From: Phoronis australis | Taxonomy: Eukaryota > Animalia > Phoronida | Assembly: GCA_002633005.1 (NCBI GenBank) | Contig: NMRA01000375.1 | Span: forward strand, 332,073 to 396,072 | Length of the DNA: 64,000 bases | Reading direction: 5' to 3' | Shown here: piece by piece, positions 12,480-25,608 of the stretch | Layout: every line of letters begins with the position of its first letter | Numbering within the stretch: position 1 is the stretch's first letter | Notes under the pieces: model-generated | Told to the model about the DNA's origin: nothing | Seen by the model: the letters and a program-made list of their open reading frames with translations, nothing else | The model's database searches: none | Program-made: the position numbers and the translations under genes

Positions 12480-14111
12480 TATGAGACAGTGCGGTCACGT
12501 GACGCAATTGCTGTCGTCGTTCGTTACCTTACATAAACCTTAAGCCCACTGTAGACAGTGAGCGATTGTGTTGACTGAGCACACAACTCATGTCTGCGGC
12601 GGTCTTGGATTTGTGTAATCTGTATTGTTGTTATTGTATGTTGTAAGTAAAAACGAGTAGATTTACTTCAAAAGTTGACATAAGCTAGGTAGGCCGGAGC
12701 TCCTAAACGGAACTACTGTTTAAGGGTTGGTTTACCGATTAGGTAGATCTGAGCTTAATCTATTCGTTACGAGTGTCTCCGATAAACAAATCGCAGTGCG
12801 TAGGATAATCAATATTTTAGTAGCAATTATTGTTGTAAACTGGATTGCTGAAGTACACGATCTCGTATCAATGTTTTAATTGCCATTGTATACACGACTG
12901 CGAAACTGACAGAATCACCGGGAAATGAAATGAATTATTTTGGTGTCAATAAATATATATATATATAATACGTATAATGACATGTATTTGGTCATCCTGT
13001 AATTATTCCCCTCCGAAAGCTTCCACAAAAGCACATAGACTTACTTGCTAATGACATACACTGGCGGATCAAGGATATCACGAGGGGGTGGACCCGACTA
13101 GAATGTCGAAAGGATAGACTCGCATCGGTCCCCTTAGATTCGCCTATTACAAAATGCGCAACTCCTGTACCACTTATGCAAAAAAGCATATTATTGATTT
13201 GGTTTTGATATATGCACAGTTTGGAGCCTATCCAATATAGGTATGGAGTGCGAAACCCCACGGAAATAATATTTCAACAAACCCTGACAAACACACTCCT
13301 TCGTTACCGTATGCGCTCGTATTTAGGCTATGAGCTTACATTCAAAACAATGCATTTTTTCAAATACCAGCTTCCCCTTTGGTATAATCCAAAAGAGCAA
13401 GTCCGTACATCAACCCGAAACAACAGGATCTGAAGGCAAACATTCGTCGGGAAAATCGAAAGATTCCATTGGATATTTTCGACTGGTTTACCACAAACTA
13501 AAAAACATCAAATGTGATGATTCAGAGGTGAGGCGCGTGCATAGAAAACGTCAATAATTATTGACTTGAGTTCAGAAATAGTGATGAAACAGGAGACTGT
13601 ATCACTGTTAAACAAAAATTACAAGATTTTTCAGGGCTTGGAATTTTCCTCTTTTATGAGCATTTTCTCTTTTTGGTTTCGATTTCCTTTGTATCTGGCC
13701 ACTAATAATGCTGACGCACGTAGTTCACGGTCATAGTGTAATACGTAAAGGATACGGTGGACATCAAACTCACTCGTTTGCGTCATTTATGTGACATTGT
13801 GTAAACAACTGGTATTTATGCAGTGCTATTTACGTAAGTTTTCCGAGTAGCTTGATGACCGAGCAAATGTCGTATTCCCATCACCTTGAACTTACACCAG
13901 GAAAAGTAAAGATCGTTAGCCTAAGGGTTGTTAGCAACAGACTAGAGAGGCTAACAAAAATTTATGAATATCGGTTGCTCCCAGGGAACGTAAGCAGGTA
14001 CCCGTGCTCGGCTTCACGCCGGTGGTAAGGTTTCGTGGCCATAACGTAACACTTCGCCTGTGCTAACGCGCCGAGTTTCGGACAAGCAATGAGTTGTGTA
14101 CACATAAATAA

Positions 14112-14368
14112 CATGCGCGCACCCGGGGGGGTCACGGGTGCTTGGGGGGGGGCTCGTTCATTTGGCGAAGTGGGTAAAAAGGTCCACCTCAAAGAAGTCC
14201 GAGAAAACGAGACAAAAGAAAGTCCACTAATAAGGCACAGACGCACAGTTCACATTCCTGAAGGTGGTACCCCGTTCTTTTTTTTAGTTCTCCCGGTTTT
14301 TTGTTAGGAAAAGGTCCACTTTGTCAGAGATTTGAGCCTCCCCATATTAAAGGGTGGGTGCGCGCTTG
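14112..14368. mobile_element. MITE with 5-bp TSD (family shared with 27642-27902)
   Basis: TIR CATGCGCGCACCC / GGGTGCGCGCTTG; AATAA on both flanks; internal sequence alignable with the copy at 27642. Confidence 0.85.
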
Positions 14369-14697
14369 AATAAACGCAGCGTCGTTGGTCGGTGCAAAAA
14401 CCTCCGCCAACCTGTAAAGTACTATGCCACTTGGCTAGCATTCGAAACCACACCAAACTCATTTTCAGCTAAACAGATTTGCTATCAGGCTCTCACAGGC
14501 AGGAATCGCGTGTTTATCATACTGAATCCGCAGAGGCTCGATCTCGGTCTTCCAAACATATTGCAAGCCCGAAGATAAAATAAAATTATCTTTGGCTAAT
14601 TAAAGAAAAAATCGGTAACGTTCCGGCAGTTAAAGTATCAGCAAAAATTTGAATCTAACGTTGTGGGACTGCTTTGAAAGGGATAAACAACAACAAC

Positions 14698-16293
14698 AAC
14701 AAGAGCAACGCGGAGCGTTGAAATGCGCCCACGAATTCATCGCAAATGGTGTGCAATTAGGGTTGTTTATTTGTGTCATAAAAATGGCCACTAGATGACG
14801 AAAAACATACAATCCATCCGAAAACGGGAACACGTCATTACTTCTTAAATAGAATGCTATACACCAAATTTCATAGAAATCCATCAGGAAACTTCAGATA
14901 AACAATGGAAAACAGAATAAAATGAAATTGCCACTAGATGGCACACTGTTCATTGGATCCGCACGAAAGTCGTCATTGACTGTTGTTACCTTCATATAAA
15001 TACACTTACAAATTAAATTTTATAAAGGTCCTGCAGTGGGTTTAGGAGACACAGAAGCCCTTATTCAAAATTTTATGAAAATCCGTTGAGGACCTTTGAA
15101 GATACAGAGATAAACGTAAAACTAAAATTGCCACCAGAGAGCACACCAGTAGTCAGATCCATCCGAAAATCGTCATCGTCCGTTGTCAACATAATATAAA
15201 CACACTTCTTAAATTTAGTAAAGATCGTACAAACGGTTTAGGAGATACAGCCATGGGCGCAAAAAAAACGAAACTGCCACTAGGAGGCGCCACAGTAGTC
15301 GAAGTCATCAGAAAATCATCGTCACCCGTCCACTTCATAGTAAAAACATACATGCCAATTTTCACAATTATCCTCTAAGCGGTTTGGTTGATAGAGGGGT
15401 GGACGTCAAAAAACAAACTCAAAAAACAGTACAAATGGCCACCAGGAAGCGCAAAATAGGTCGAATCCCCCTGAAAACGGAAACTTAGCGTCACCTCAGT
15501 AACAGTAGCCTATACACCAAATTTTATGAAAATACATTGAGGACATTTGAAGATACAGAGGTAGACATAAAAAATATAATTGCCACTAGGTCGCACACTA
15601 GTAGTCAGATCTGTCCGAAACTTGTTGTTGTCCGTTGTCATCATCATATAAGTGCACTTACTAAATATAGTAAAGATCCTGCAAACGGTTTAGGAGACAT
15701 AGGGATAGACGCAAAAAAATCTGCCATTAGGAGGCGCCACAGAAGTCGAAGTCGTCGGAAAATCATCGTTAACCGTTCTCTTCATAGTAAGAACTTACAT
15801 GCCAATTTTCACAATCATGCTTCGAGCAGTTTGGTTGATAGAGGGGTGGACGCTAAAAAACAGACGCGAAAACAGTAAAAATGGCCACTAGGTGGCGCAA
15901 ACTACGTCGAATCCATCCGAAAACGGGAGGATACCGTCGTCTCACTAATCAAGATAGCCTATACTATATTTTGTAAAAATATGATGAGGACCTTTGAAGA
16001 TACAGAGGTAAACGTAAAAAACTAAAATTGCCACTAGGAGGCACACCGGTAGTCGGATCCGTCCGAAAGTTCGCTCATGCCGTCCCATCCATGAAAGAAA
16101 CACATGTTCAAAATTTCATGAACATACGTCGATCGGTTTTGGAGATAGAGCAGCGGACGCCGGACGGACGCCGGACGGACGCCGGACGGACGCCGGACGG
16201 ACAGACGGGCAGAGATGACGGCATAATGCCGGCATCCACATATAAATATGTGATAATGCCGGCATCCACATATAAATATGTGGGCGCATAAAA
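14698..16293 (-). mobile_element. Helentron-associated (HINE/DINE-like) element with internal satellite array, copy 1
   Basis: Subterminal IR ATGCGCCCAC (14723-14732) / GTGGGCGCAT (16280-16289); hairpin CAACGC-gga-GCGTTG (14706-14720); GGAC-type microsatellite 16154-16210; 9 monomers with CCACTAG core; A-rich flanks, no TSD. Confidence 0.85.
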
Positions 16294-19200
16294 ATGATAA
16301 ACCGCATAGCTAATTTACCCCCAATTTTTACTCAGATTTTAGGTCACGCCATAGAGAAAAAACTCTACGACGTGGTGAAATTAACCAGAAATGGCATGCT
16401 TCGGTACTACACTTCGCAGAAAGGAGATATTAATATGCGTTTGAAGATATCGGTATTTTGTCGTGCGTGAATGGCACCTGTGTGTCTCCCATTTGTATGG
16501 AAAGCTAAAACTCACGTGTTATATTGCTTAGATAGGGTCATACTACATGCACATCTCGTAATATCGCGGGGCACCATGAGGAATACTAAACGGCCGTTTC
16601 TGCTTTCGATAACATCTAGCTGTTTTCTTTTTTCTTAAGTTGTCTCTTTGCTGAATTATTTTTAGCAGACGGCTCACGAAATGTCGATTTCCACAATATA
16701 TGTTCTTTAGCAACTCTGGGTGAACCGTCTCGTGACGAGACGGTCTCGCCACCTGGTGACTGGTGTGCCCCCGCCGGGATGAAAGACTATCTAGATTGTT
16801 TACTTTATGAGTACACGGCAGTTGCACATTGTTAATGAAATTATTGGAGAAACTAAATTGCATTTTACTAGTAAATGCAGGGTTTGAGTTACATTGTTGA
16901 ATATCCGCTCACGCCATTTATCGATAACTCTCTAAGGTTTTGTTTCCAATGATTGGAATCCACACGAACCTTTTAACACATAAACTGACTTCCGACACTC
17001 TCTACGCGGTAAACAGTTAAACCGTAATACACCTGATAAATGCCAAAATATATGACCGAGATATTCATGCCAACAAGGTGCATGAAAATAAGAATGGATA
17101 CCGACATGTCAATCAGTGTAACCAGATAACGGGAAGTTCAATCACGACAATGGTCGACCATCTTAGTCCCACAAACAACGGAAGCGCTAAAATGTTTTAC
17201 GATGCACTTGGTATACTTGTAGTACAGTCCGACGATATGCAGTGAAAGAAATAAGAAAAATGTCCATTGCTGACAAAAGCATGACCCTCACTTGTAATGC
17301 ATAGCAATGTCTCGTCAAGACTTGCGTGTTTTTGCCAGGTTCTCGCGTCTATGGAACACGGCCACCACTTGAGTGTCTGTATGAGTCAATTGAACACTTG
17401 CATAAATGAATCTTGTGACAATGACCTGATTGTAGTGGTGGACATACCTTGCTGCATGCAACAGTCGTTTGCTTCCCCAGAACTCATTTTGATAATGCGG
17501 CTCCATAGCAACAGTTTCAGTGCAGTAATATCAGAAACACATCGTACAGACCATGTTGCAGTGTTATGATTGCAAAAGACTCCCGCCATATGGCTTTGCG
17601 CTTGCAAGACATCGCAACGGTAACTAGGGTGGGTGTGGCCTATCTACGTTCGTCGGAACTTATCCATTATAAATCCAATCAAAGAGCAAACACCAACACT
17701 CTAGCGTTGCCATAATAACTGGCACACGAGCATACTCACACATTGTCATTTAAAAAAAAAACGTGAGTCGTGTTACGAACTCAACTGTTGAATGAGCTGC
17801 ACATCCAAAGCATAATCGCAGCAGCATTGCTCCCCACTAAGAGTAGTTTACAACAATATTTTTCATGTGCAAAATTTACTCTCCATTATATACTGGACGC
17901 CAGTCACCATTTCAGTAAACTACAGAAATACTTGGCGGTAATCATTTCAGAAACTACGGTTGACGATAGAAGTTTTCAGGTAATGGGTTGTCATTTAGAA
18001 AATTTGTTCGAGATAATCGACAAAAATACGTTGTCGTCATAACAATTTGAATTTGCCAAGAGGTCCTCGAAACAAGCTATACGCAATGTCAAGTTACATA
18101 AAAGTACAAAACCAGGTTTCAAGGTAAGCGGCGTTTTTCTTCATGAGTAGTGGTTACTTGTTACTTGACACAACACTTTTATTTCACAACGCTAGAAACG
18201 ATTTATGAATATCAAAAACGTATACTGACACAGATGAATATATGTATAAAATTACTGATCGTCTATAAATATTATGTCTTGATTACCGTATCCTCTACTT
18301 AACATAATACAGCGTGCTTTTCACTATTGTCAATTACAAAGTGCTCGATGCGAAACTCCGATAAAAACGAGTTACACGTACATGCTGCAAACTGCTGCAC
18401 AGTCCTTACCAACAGGCTTATGCTTTATGTATTACAAAACTGTCATGCAATTCAAAACACAAGGTATAATTAGTTATCAAGTATTCTAAAATTTCCAGTA
18501 ACAAACGCTAAATCAGACAAATCATAGGCTTACTTCGACGATTGGACAATAACGCTTACAAATCTGCAGTTACTTTATCCAACTGGAACAACGATGAGTT
18601 TGGTCCACTACTCTAACAGTCGTATTACACCAACTTGAACCTATCAGTCTGAATGTATTCCGTTTCCACCTCATTTCAGTACTAATAAAGCGAATTCTCA
18701 TGCAAACCAGTTATGTTTAAAAACTTAATCCAAAACACGATAATTCAACTACATGTCACAGACTTTTTAATATAAAGGGAACTTATTATAATATTCAAGA
18801 ACTGAATATTGAATTTCTGATGATGCACCTACAAAGTAGCATTAGAATTGCTCGAAGATGTACTTCACTTTTTATGAACGAATTGTGAAAACTGGAATAC
18901 AAACAGTGTTGCGATTTACGAAGTATGAGTCCTTTAAGAGTATAGACAGCCGATAGACGAGAATCATTTGTGTCTTATAATCTAAAGGAAACGAAAAAAA
19001 GAATTGCTTCTTAAAGATGCAGGTTAAAAGTCTAAGCCACTGATAGACTTAGTGAATGTAACTCACGGTATATTCTAGAACATGGATACTGAATTGTGAC
19101 GTCATGGCGCCCTCGATTTACGTTACCAAACAATAGGCATGTAAGCGCTATTGGGAGATTGAAAGTATTAGTAAAACAGAGAACTGTATTAATTGTCACA

Positions 19201-20067
19201 GAAACGACCTGTCATGGAACAGCGAATTTCAATAATGGACACGCGATTATCGAATGACGGCGACAAGATAAACGTACAGTCATTTTTAATGAAGTGCTGT
19301 CATTCAGTGGGTCGGTGAAGCGCTCACCTGGGATCTCACACCTTACGACTATTCAGCTCGACTACTTCACTTGCCTGTCCGTCAATATCTGTCTGTTCTC
19401 CAAATGTCATATGCGATTTTCACGCACCATTCTTAGTCGTATACTATTGCACTTTGTAGACAGGTGGTACGATGCGATCTGTGCAAGCTCAAATTAAACT
19501 CGTATACAATTTCTCTTTTGAGCTACAGCGCATCCGACTTTCTCCTTACTAATTCGTGTACCACAAGCGCAGAGAACCGCCGGCGAGGACGTCATACGGT
19601 ATACAGTCCTGAGTAGCCTGCAGGGGTAGTGTCAAGCAAAAGAGATTCCTTTCACCATGGACTGAGTTTCTCCACAAGTGTCTGAAGAAGAGGCTTTCAT
19701 TCGTAAAGGGTGTTCATGTTCCTCACGGCAACAGAACTATCATTGCTCTATCATTGCAAGGGCAATATCCAGACCATGTAACGGTAAGTGCTATATGTAG
19801 AGAAACAATTCCGTGACCGCGCTTCAAATTCCAGCTACGACCCACTTCGGTCCCCTGACCTGCAAACACTACCTACGATACAAACTCCCAAACTAAACTT
19901 CACACACGAATCCAAAATGTTCCACACTCTGTTAACAATGTCTAATTCCGGGGACAAGACTACATGGCCACATCTCTAGTCTCGCAGCTGAAATTTAGAG
20001 GAAGGGCCATGAAATCTGGTCCGCAGAACTAAATGGAAGGTCATACATAGAATATGGATCATTTTTG

Positions 20068-20205
20068 GTATGTGTGTGTGTGCGTGTGTGTGTTTGTGTG
20101 CAGGGGCGGATNTTTGCCCGTCAGACATTTGCACTCCCCCATCTGACTAATGTAAACTGGGAGAATTTTAGGTGGGGCCATGGCCCCCCTCTAAATCTGC
20201 CACTG

Positions 20206-20238
<33 letters not shown>

Positions 20239-20283
20239 CGCGCGCGTGCATGTGTGCGTGTGTGTGCGCGCGCCTGTGTGTGT
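20068..20283. repeat. (TG)n/(CG)n microsatellite with an inserted ~105-bp MITE (20101-20205)
   Basis: TG runs on both sides; insert ends CAGGGGCGGAT / ATCTGCCACTG with GTGTG on both flanks. Confidence 0.8.
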
Positions 20284-23026
20284 AGCGTTTAGGGGTGCAG
20301 GACTGGGATCGACTTGTACAGCGGGTTTGGTGTCATGCAGCTGGTTCGGGGTGTTCAGGGATCGTAGGTGGAATTTAGAGGCACAGAATTGTTTCCACCC
20401 CGTGATGTGATCTTGTTGAAATTTTGATGTTTCAGCTAAACAGAAGAATCTGTACGTTTAAAAGTTAAGTGTTTATAGTTTTGTATGCATTTGCAGTTGA
20501 TTTACTATAAAACAAAAGTGATGATCGTTGAACTTCAGCGGACATTCGAAACTTTAAAATTCTGTCTAAACTTTGTCTTAAATTGAAAAGAGTTGATGTC
20601 TTGTCAGAAGTGATAAGGATATCATTGTCAAGTGGGAATAAGTTTTTGTCAAATTGTTTCGTATCAAAATCCGTTTGATGAACATTTTAACCAAACAGAA
20701 GCGAATGAAATGTTTAGACGGAGTTAGCGCATTTGAGTGGTCGGTAATTCGAAACCCATGTTTCATCCAGATCCACGATATCAATAAGTCAATATTTAGG
20801 CAGGTACATGAACGATGGCACTTGATATTGAATAAGTCAGCGACGGATGACATGATAAAGGTACATCAAAGATTATTATAAGTACGACCGGTAGACTGTA
20901 AGTGATCGAGGTATCTTCACGAGAATCTCAGACGAGCAGCGACAACACTAGAAGGACTGGTATGGGTAGAGTTCCGTAGACGCAAGATTATCGCAAAAGA
21001 GAAGAAGCTAGTGCGACCACGCGCTTTGCTTTTAACGTATAGCGATATCTCGCGAAGTTTACGTGCTCTCCTTTTTCATAAAGTTCTCGAACCTACGGAA
21101 CGCATGGACAGTCCCAGTCTTCGGAGAGCCCTCAAGCATGTTTGACTTCACTGCAAATTTTATTCATTTCTTATTCAACGGAGGTTTCTAGGTTCCACGA
21201 GATACAAGCTGTCGGTATGTGAATTTTTGTGATCGAGTCTTCAAACAAAATCAGATTGTGCGTATAAATAATTCGCAAGGTTCAGCTGGAAAAACGACGA
21301 ATTGTTGTGACCTCACAAAATGAACACACGCTAATTGTAGAATCTAATGAAAACGACATATGTGTTGTTTTCCTGTGAATTACATTGTCTTGTAATCCTT
21401 GTTGCATTCCCTTCCCAGGTAGCAATTGTCGGTTGAGCCCTTAGTACATCCCTGTATATAAAAAATGTCACGTACTGATTTCCATGATTTGGATAGTTTC
21501 CAATTTGCTACACTCACCACCAGATGACGCAGTGAGCTCTACATATCACTTGTAAACAAATTTCGTTGACGGTTTTCCAGAGCGGACTGTATGGGATGGA
21601 TTTCTATCCTCCTTAAGAATATTATGTTGTTCGATTAAGCAATCCTACACAGAGTGCCATCTCGAGTTTAATTCCGCAATGTATTATTAGGAGACTGAGC
21701 CCTGTTTTAGCCTACTAGGCTGATATGGGATTTTTAACCACAAGTAGTCGAAACAAAATAAAACTTTGTAAATATCCAAAATGTGGAACAATGTAAAATT
21801 TGTAAAGAATGTTAGTTCGGCAAGCACGGCTAATTACACTCTCAGACTGTATTCCGCAGCACTAAAGAAAATACAATTTGTCATAAAGCGAGGAAGATTT
21901 TTTAGACACTCATTTAATTCATAAACCCATAGATTCAAATTTAGCCTGTGTAAGCCAACTCTAACGAGTATTACTGATATCCTGTCCGAGTTTTTTCTTT
22001 GCAGACGAAAAATTTACGGTATTATCTTGTAATATCTAACATCAAAAGCAATGACACGTGACTATTTTGCTTTTCAACCTTTAAGAACGACTCCACATAA
22101 AAACCAACAGGTAGTTTCTATACCCAAAGTCACAGATTTTTTGAGACTTAGCACATGCGTTTGGTTTGGTGAAATGCAGAAAAATTGAGTTTTTTAATAT
22201 ATTTTATCCATTATTTCTCTTTTTATGACATGTACCTCCAATTTGCACCAAAATTGGGCGCCGAAGTAGACGTGTTTGAATGCATTTTACTAAGCTGATA
22301 ACAAATGAGTGAGACAGTTTTAAAGGACCATAATTGACTAATTTAATGACATACCTTTCAAAATTCCTTTTCAAATTTGCATGCTTCGATTTTGTGTGGC
22401 AAAAACGGCTACTTTGCTGGTTTTCACTGAAGCCAATTCCGGTCTAATTTGGCACTGTGTAGCAGCCATATTGCAACTTTTCAAAAACTGACCTCATGAT
22501 AAATTGTTTAGTCAATCCTAACCTCTTCATAATCTAAAATGAAAAAGGTTCAAAGACACCGTAAAACTTATTAAGTGAAAGATCCACGAAGAAGCGACTG
22601 ATGCCACTGCCATTACCGTTGTGATACAGTCTCTTTCCAAAGGTACTGCTTTCTGTTTAGGGGTTGATAGACGAAAGAATGCTTCATAAATAGATAATAA
22701 CTGGATATGTAGCCTTGGCCGACTTTTATTAACATCGAAGCATTAAATCAATACAAAGAAAGTAAACGTCTTATCAATATTAGATCAAATTTCTGGTAAT
22801 GGCTGTAAATACTCCAGCTCAGTCAAAAGACTGTCATATGTATGCACACGACACCATATCGGCAACTTTACAAGTTGGCCACGCAACTATTTTCCACGGT
22901 GCGCTCGAAATTCAGGTTCATCGTCACTTGCTGCGGTCGATTAGACGCTTCGAAAAGTCCGGTGTACGCAGATGTTTTGCGGTGGACATAATGCCAAGGT
23001 GAAATTTCCATTACAGGAGAGAGTTA

Positions 23027-25003
23027 CTACTGTTTCCCACAAAGAAACCACTTTTTAAAGAGAGAGCATGTGGCGCTCCTTTCTGTCCTCAGGGCCTCGA
23101 TGACATGTTCCCAAATGGCGTTCTCTGGTCCCTGAGACATCAGTTGGGACGCATCGTGGAATCTCTTGTTAGATTGCGTCTCCCAGTTGATGAGAACCAT
23201 GAGCTCGCATACCTTAATAAAGTCGCCGTAGTGAGTTGTACAAGGATTGTCCATCAACAACGTTGCCTCTCGATAATCCAAAAACTGCCCCTTGTACAAA
23301 CCGTTAACTTTGATCACTACAATGCTGTCCGGATTCACGGCCCTCAAAACTACGCCTGCTCTGTTGAGCGTATTAATTTGTTCACATATCGTGATCAAGA
23401 TGTCAAGCCAGTCTTGATTCCTCGGTGAAGTAAACCCAGGCGTTTCCTTCTCGTAGTCGCTAAGAATTTCACGCAGTGTCCTTCCGCAGCGGCTATTGTT
23501 TCCTGCAAAGTCAAATAAAACTCTCCACGAATAGTGAATTTCGTTTTCCTCCAATGGGAAAAGCCCTCGAAAATGAGGGCCGATTCCTTTCCCATTGACA
23601 AATTGGAACACTTCAACCTCTCTTCTGACCTCATATAAAGATGACGATTCTTTGCAGAATACTTTGAGGGCGTAAAACATCTGCTGTCGCTCAACTAGAA
23701 ACATACAGCCATAATATCCTCGATCAATGACTACGGGGTTTCCGTCACGATAAACGTAATTGTAAGTCATGGGGTCGTGAACAACAGTCTCACAAACGTT
23801 AATAGCAAAGTCTGGCAAATCCAGCTGCGGTGATGTCTTGAAAGTTGGAAAGAAAAAAGCGGGTTCATATCCAGACCAAATTCGTTTCTTTCTACTACGC
23901 TTTTTCATAGAAAATACTGATTTCACTTTACGAACTGCTCTCTGAAAAACTGATAACTGTTGCACATCGCCTTTTCTGTTTAAGCCATCAGCGTCCTCGC
24001 TCATACCAGGTACTGGCAAGAATCTAGTTTCTGTAACTTCTTCCGGAAACATGTGTAGAGTAAGGTCCGTAATCGAGCCCAAGTTCTTCGCGAAGTTCTG
24101 ATTTCTATCATCTCCACATCCTTTGAAATCTTCAGAGCAAGCAGGCGGTGATAACTCGTAACCCTTGGCTACGCTCTCGTATTCGTGACATGCCAAACTA
24201 TCGACGTCCCGCGGTGTGGTGACTCTATGTGGCTCTCGACTAACGTTCAAACAATGTACACGGTTGTTTCGGAAAGATCGCTTTCGTTTTGTCTGTTTTT
24301 TACCAGCAACTGAATATCCAGGTAGAGATGACTCGTTACTCTTGACCTCGTGACCGTTGCCTCTCAACAGGATCAGGTCTCTATGTGATTCTCGGTTGTT
24401 ACTCATACATGTTGCCCTGTTTTGTAATATCCCTTTTTCGGCATCACCAAAGCAACCAGGAGGAGGTGAGTCGTTACTTTTGGTCTTCACCTCGTAAAAA
24501 TCCCCTCTCAAATTTATTTCGTCCGGGGTGATATTACTTTGAAGGTCTCGACGACCACTCGAGCAATTCGTATTGCTGTTATGCATGGCTCTATTTTGTT
24601 TCTGCTTTTTGTCGTCACCAGGCCAACCACAGGATTGCAAGTCGTCACTCATGGCCACCATCTCATCCTCGTGCGGGATGAGGTCCCTTTGAGGCTCTCC
24701 CCTGGCATTCAAGCAATGTGCACGGTTGTTTTGTTTTGACCGTTCTTCGGCATAATCAGACCATGCAGACGGAGGTAATTCGTCTTTTGTGGATACCATC
24801 TGGTAATGGTCGTCTCCCGACTCGTACTCACCCTCATTCGGGATGTTGTCTCTAAGTGGCTCTCGAAAACCACTGTAGCAATCTGCACTGTTAGATTGCA
24901 TTGCTCGTAATTCTTCAATTCTTTTTTTCGCTTGCTCCCGTGCTATATACAATTTGAGTCTCTCATTCGTCCTCTTCAGGATATCTTTTTTATTTGTAAT
25001 CAT
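23027..25003 (-). CDS. Intronless 658-aa protein: degenerate N-terminal repeats plus C-terminal protein-kinase-like domain lacking catalytic residues (pseudokinase)
   Basis: Uninterrupted 1977-nt ORF; IDRGYYG (Gly loop), YALKVF (VAIK), RREVE (alphaC), VVLRAVNPDSIVV in place of IVHRDLKPxNILV, FLDYRE in place of DFG. Confidence 0.8.
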   Translation of the reverse strand: MITNKKDILKRTNERLKLYIAREQAKKRIEELRAMQSNSADCYSGFREPLRDNIPNEGEYESGDDHYQMVSTKDELPPSAWSDYAEERSKQNNRAHCLNARGEPQRDLIPHEDEMVAMSDDLQSCGWPGDDKKQKQNRAMHNSNTNCSSGRRDLQSNITPDEINLRGDFYEVKTKSNDSPPPGCFGDAEKGILQNRATCMSNNRESHRDLILLRGNGHEVKSNESSLPGYSVAGKKQTKRKRSFRNNRVHCLNVSREPHRVTTPRDVDSLACHEYESVAKGYELSPPACSEDFKGCGDDRNQNFAKNLGSITDLTLHMFPEEVTETRFLPVPGMSEDADGLNRKGDVQQLSVFQRAVRKVKSVFSMKKRSRKKRIWSGYEPAFFFPTFKTSPQLDLPDFAINVCETVVHDPMTYNYVYRDGNPVVIDRGYYGCMFLVERQQMFYALKVFCKESSSLYEVRREVEVFQFVNGKGIGPHFRGLFPLEENEIHYSWRVLFDFAGNNSRCGRTLREILSDYEKETPGFTSPRNQDWLDILITICEQINTLNRAGVVLRAVNPDSIVVIKVNGLYKGQFLDYREATLLMDNPCTTHYGDFIKVCELMVLINWETQSNKRFHDASQLMSQGPENAIWEHVIEALRTERSATCSLFKKWFLCGKQ

Positions 25004-25608
25004 CCCGACTATTTGTGTGAGGCCCTACACCTCCACTAACCAAAACAACAATCTTGTCTGTCATGAACCATCACGTGCATATTAATTTACGAATGAGTAT
25101 TTGTTACGTCATTCTCTATTGTGTAATAACTACCGTGACGTATTTTTAAAAATATATTTTAAGAGACAGTAAAAATTTTCAGAGAATATATCAAATGGAG
25201 AACAATTTTTAAACATTAGAAAACTATAGCATTTTTCATATCCTATTACAATTTAACGTTGTGCGTTTGGGGAAAATGGTACAACATAATGTAAAATTAC
25301 AAAAGACATCAAGTTATCATTTGTAAGCGAACGTGTTCTGTCAAGAACTTAATAATTTGATTGCTGACATGGGAGAACGAACAATCATGACATATTGCCG
25401 CTCATAAAAATTGAAAGTAAAATAATCCCTACACAATGAATTCTAGTACATGAACCAAGAGGCAGGTTTAACGTTAATCATAGCTAATGACGCACAGGCT
25501 GTCTGCATAAATTTGCTTTCTTAATTGCTTGTTTATACCGTTAATACTTCATTTTGAAAATCAGTTTATTTCAGGACAAGGTCATAGTCATTTTTTAAAT
25601 TCCCGACT

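Noticed and set aside
15537-16307. ORFs of 63-113 aa inside the satellite element
   Set aside because: Arise from repeat monomers and the GGAC microsatellite; not kept open in other copies.
16543-16863. Minus-strand ORF containing RHFVSRL, resembling RHFVSQL of the second G-gamma
   Set aside because: No NPF or CaaX motif and no further similarity; likely coincidence.
17386-17607. Possible minus-strand first exon (ATG..CAAG|gtatgt)
   Set aside because: No downstream exon giving a sensible in-frame product could be found by eye.
20065-20410. Cys/Val-rich ORFs
   Set aside because: Translation of the (TG)n microsatellite.
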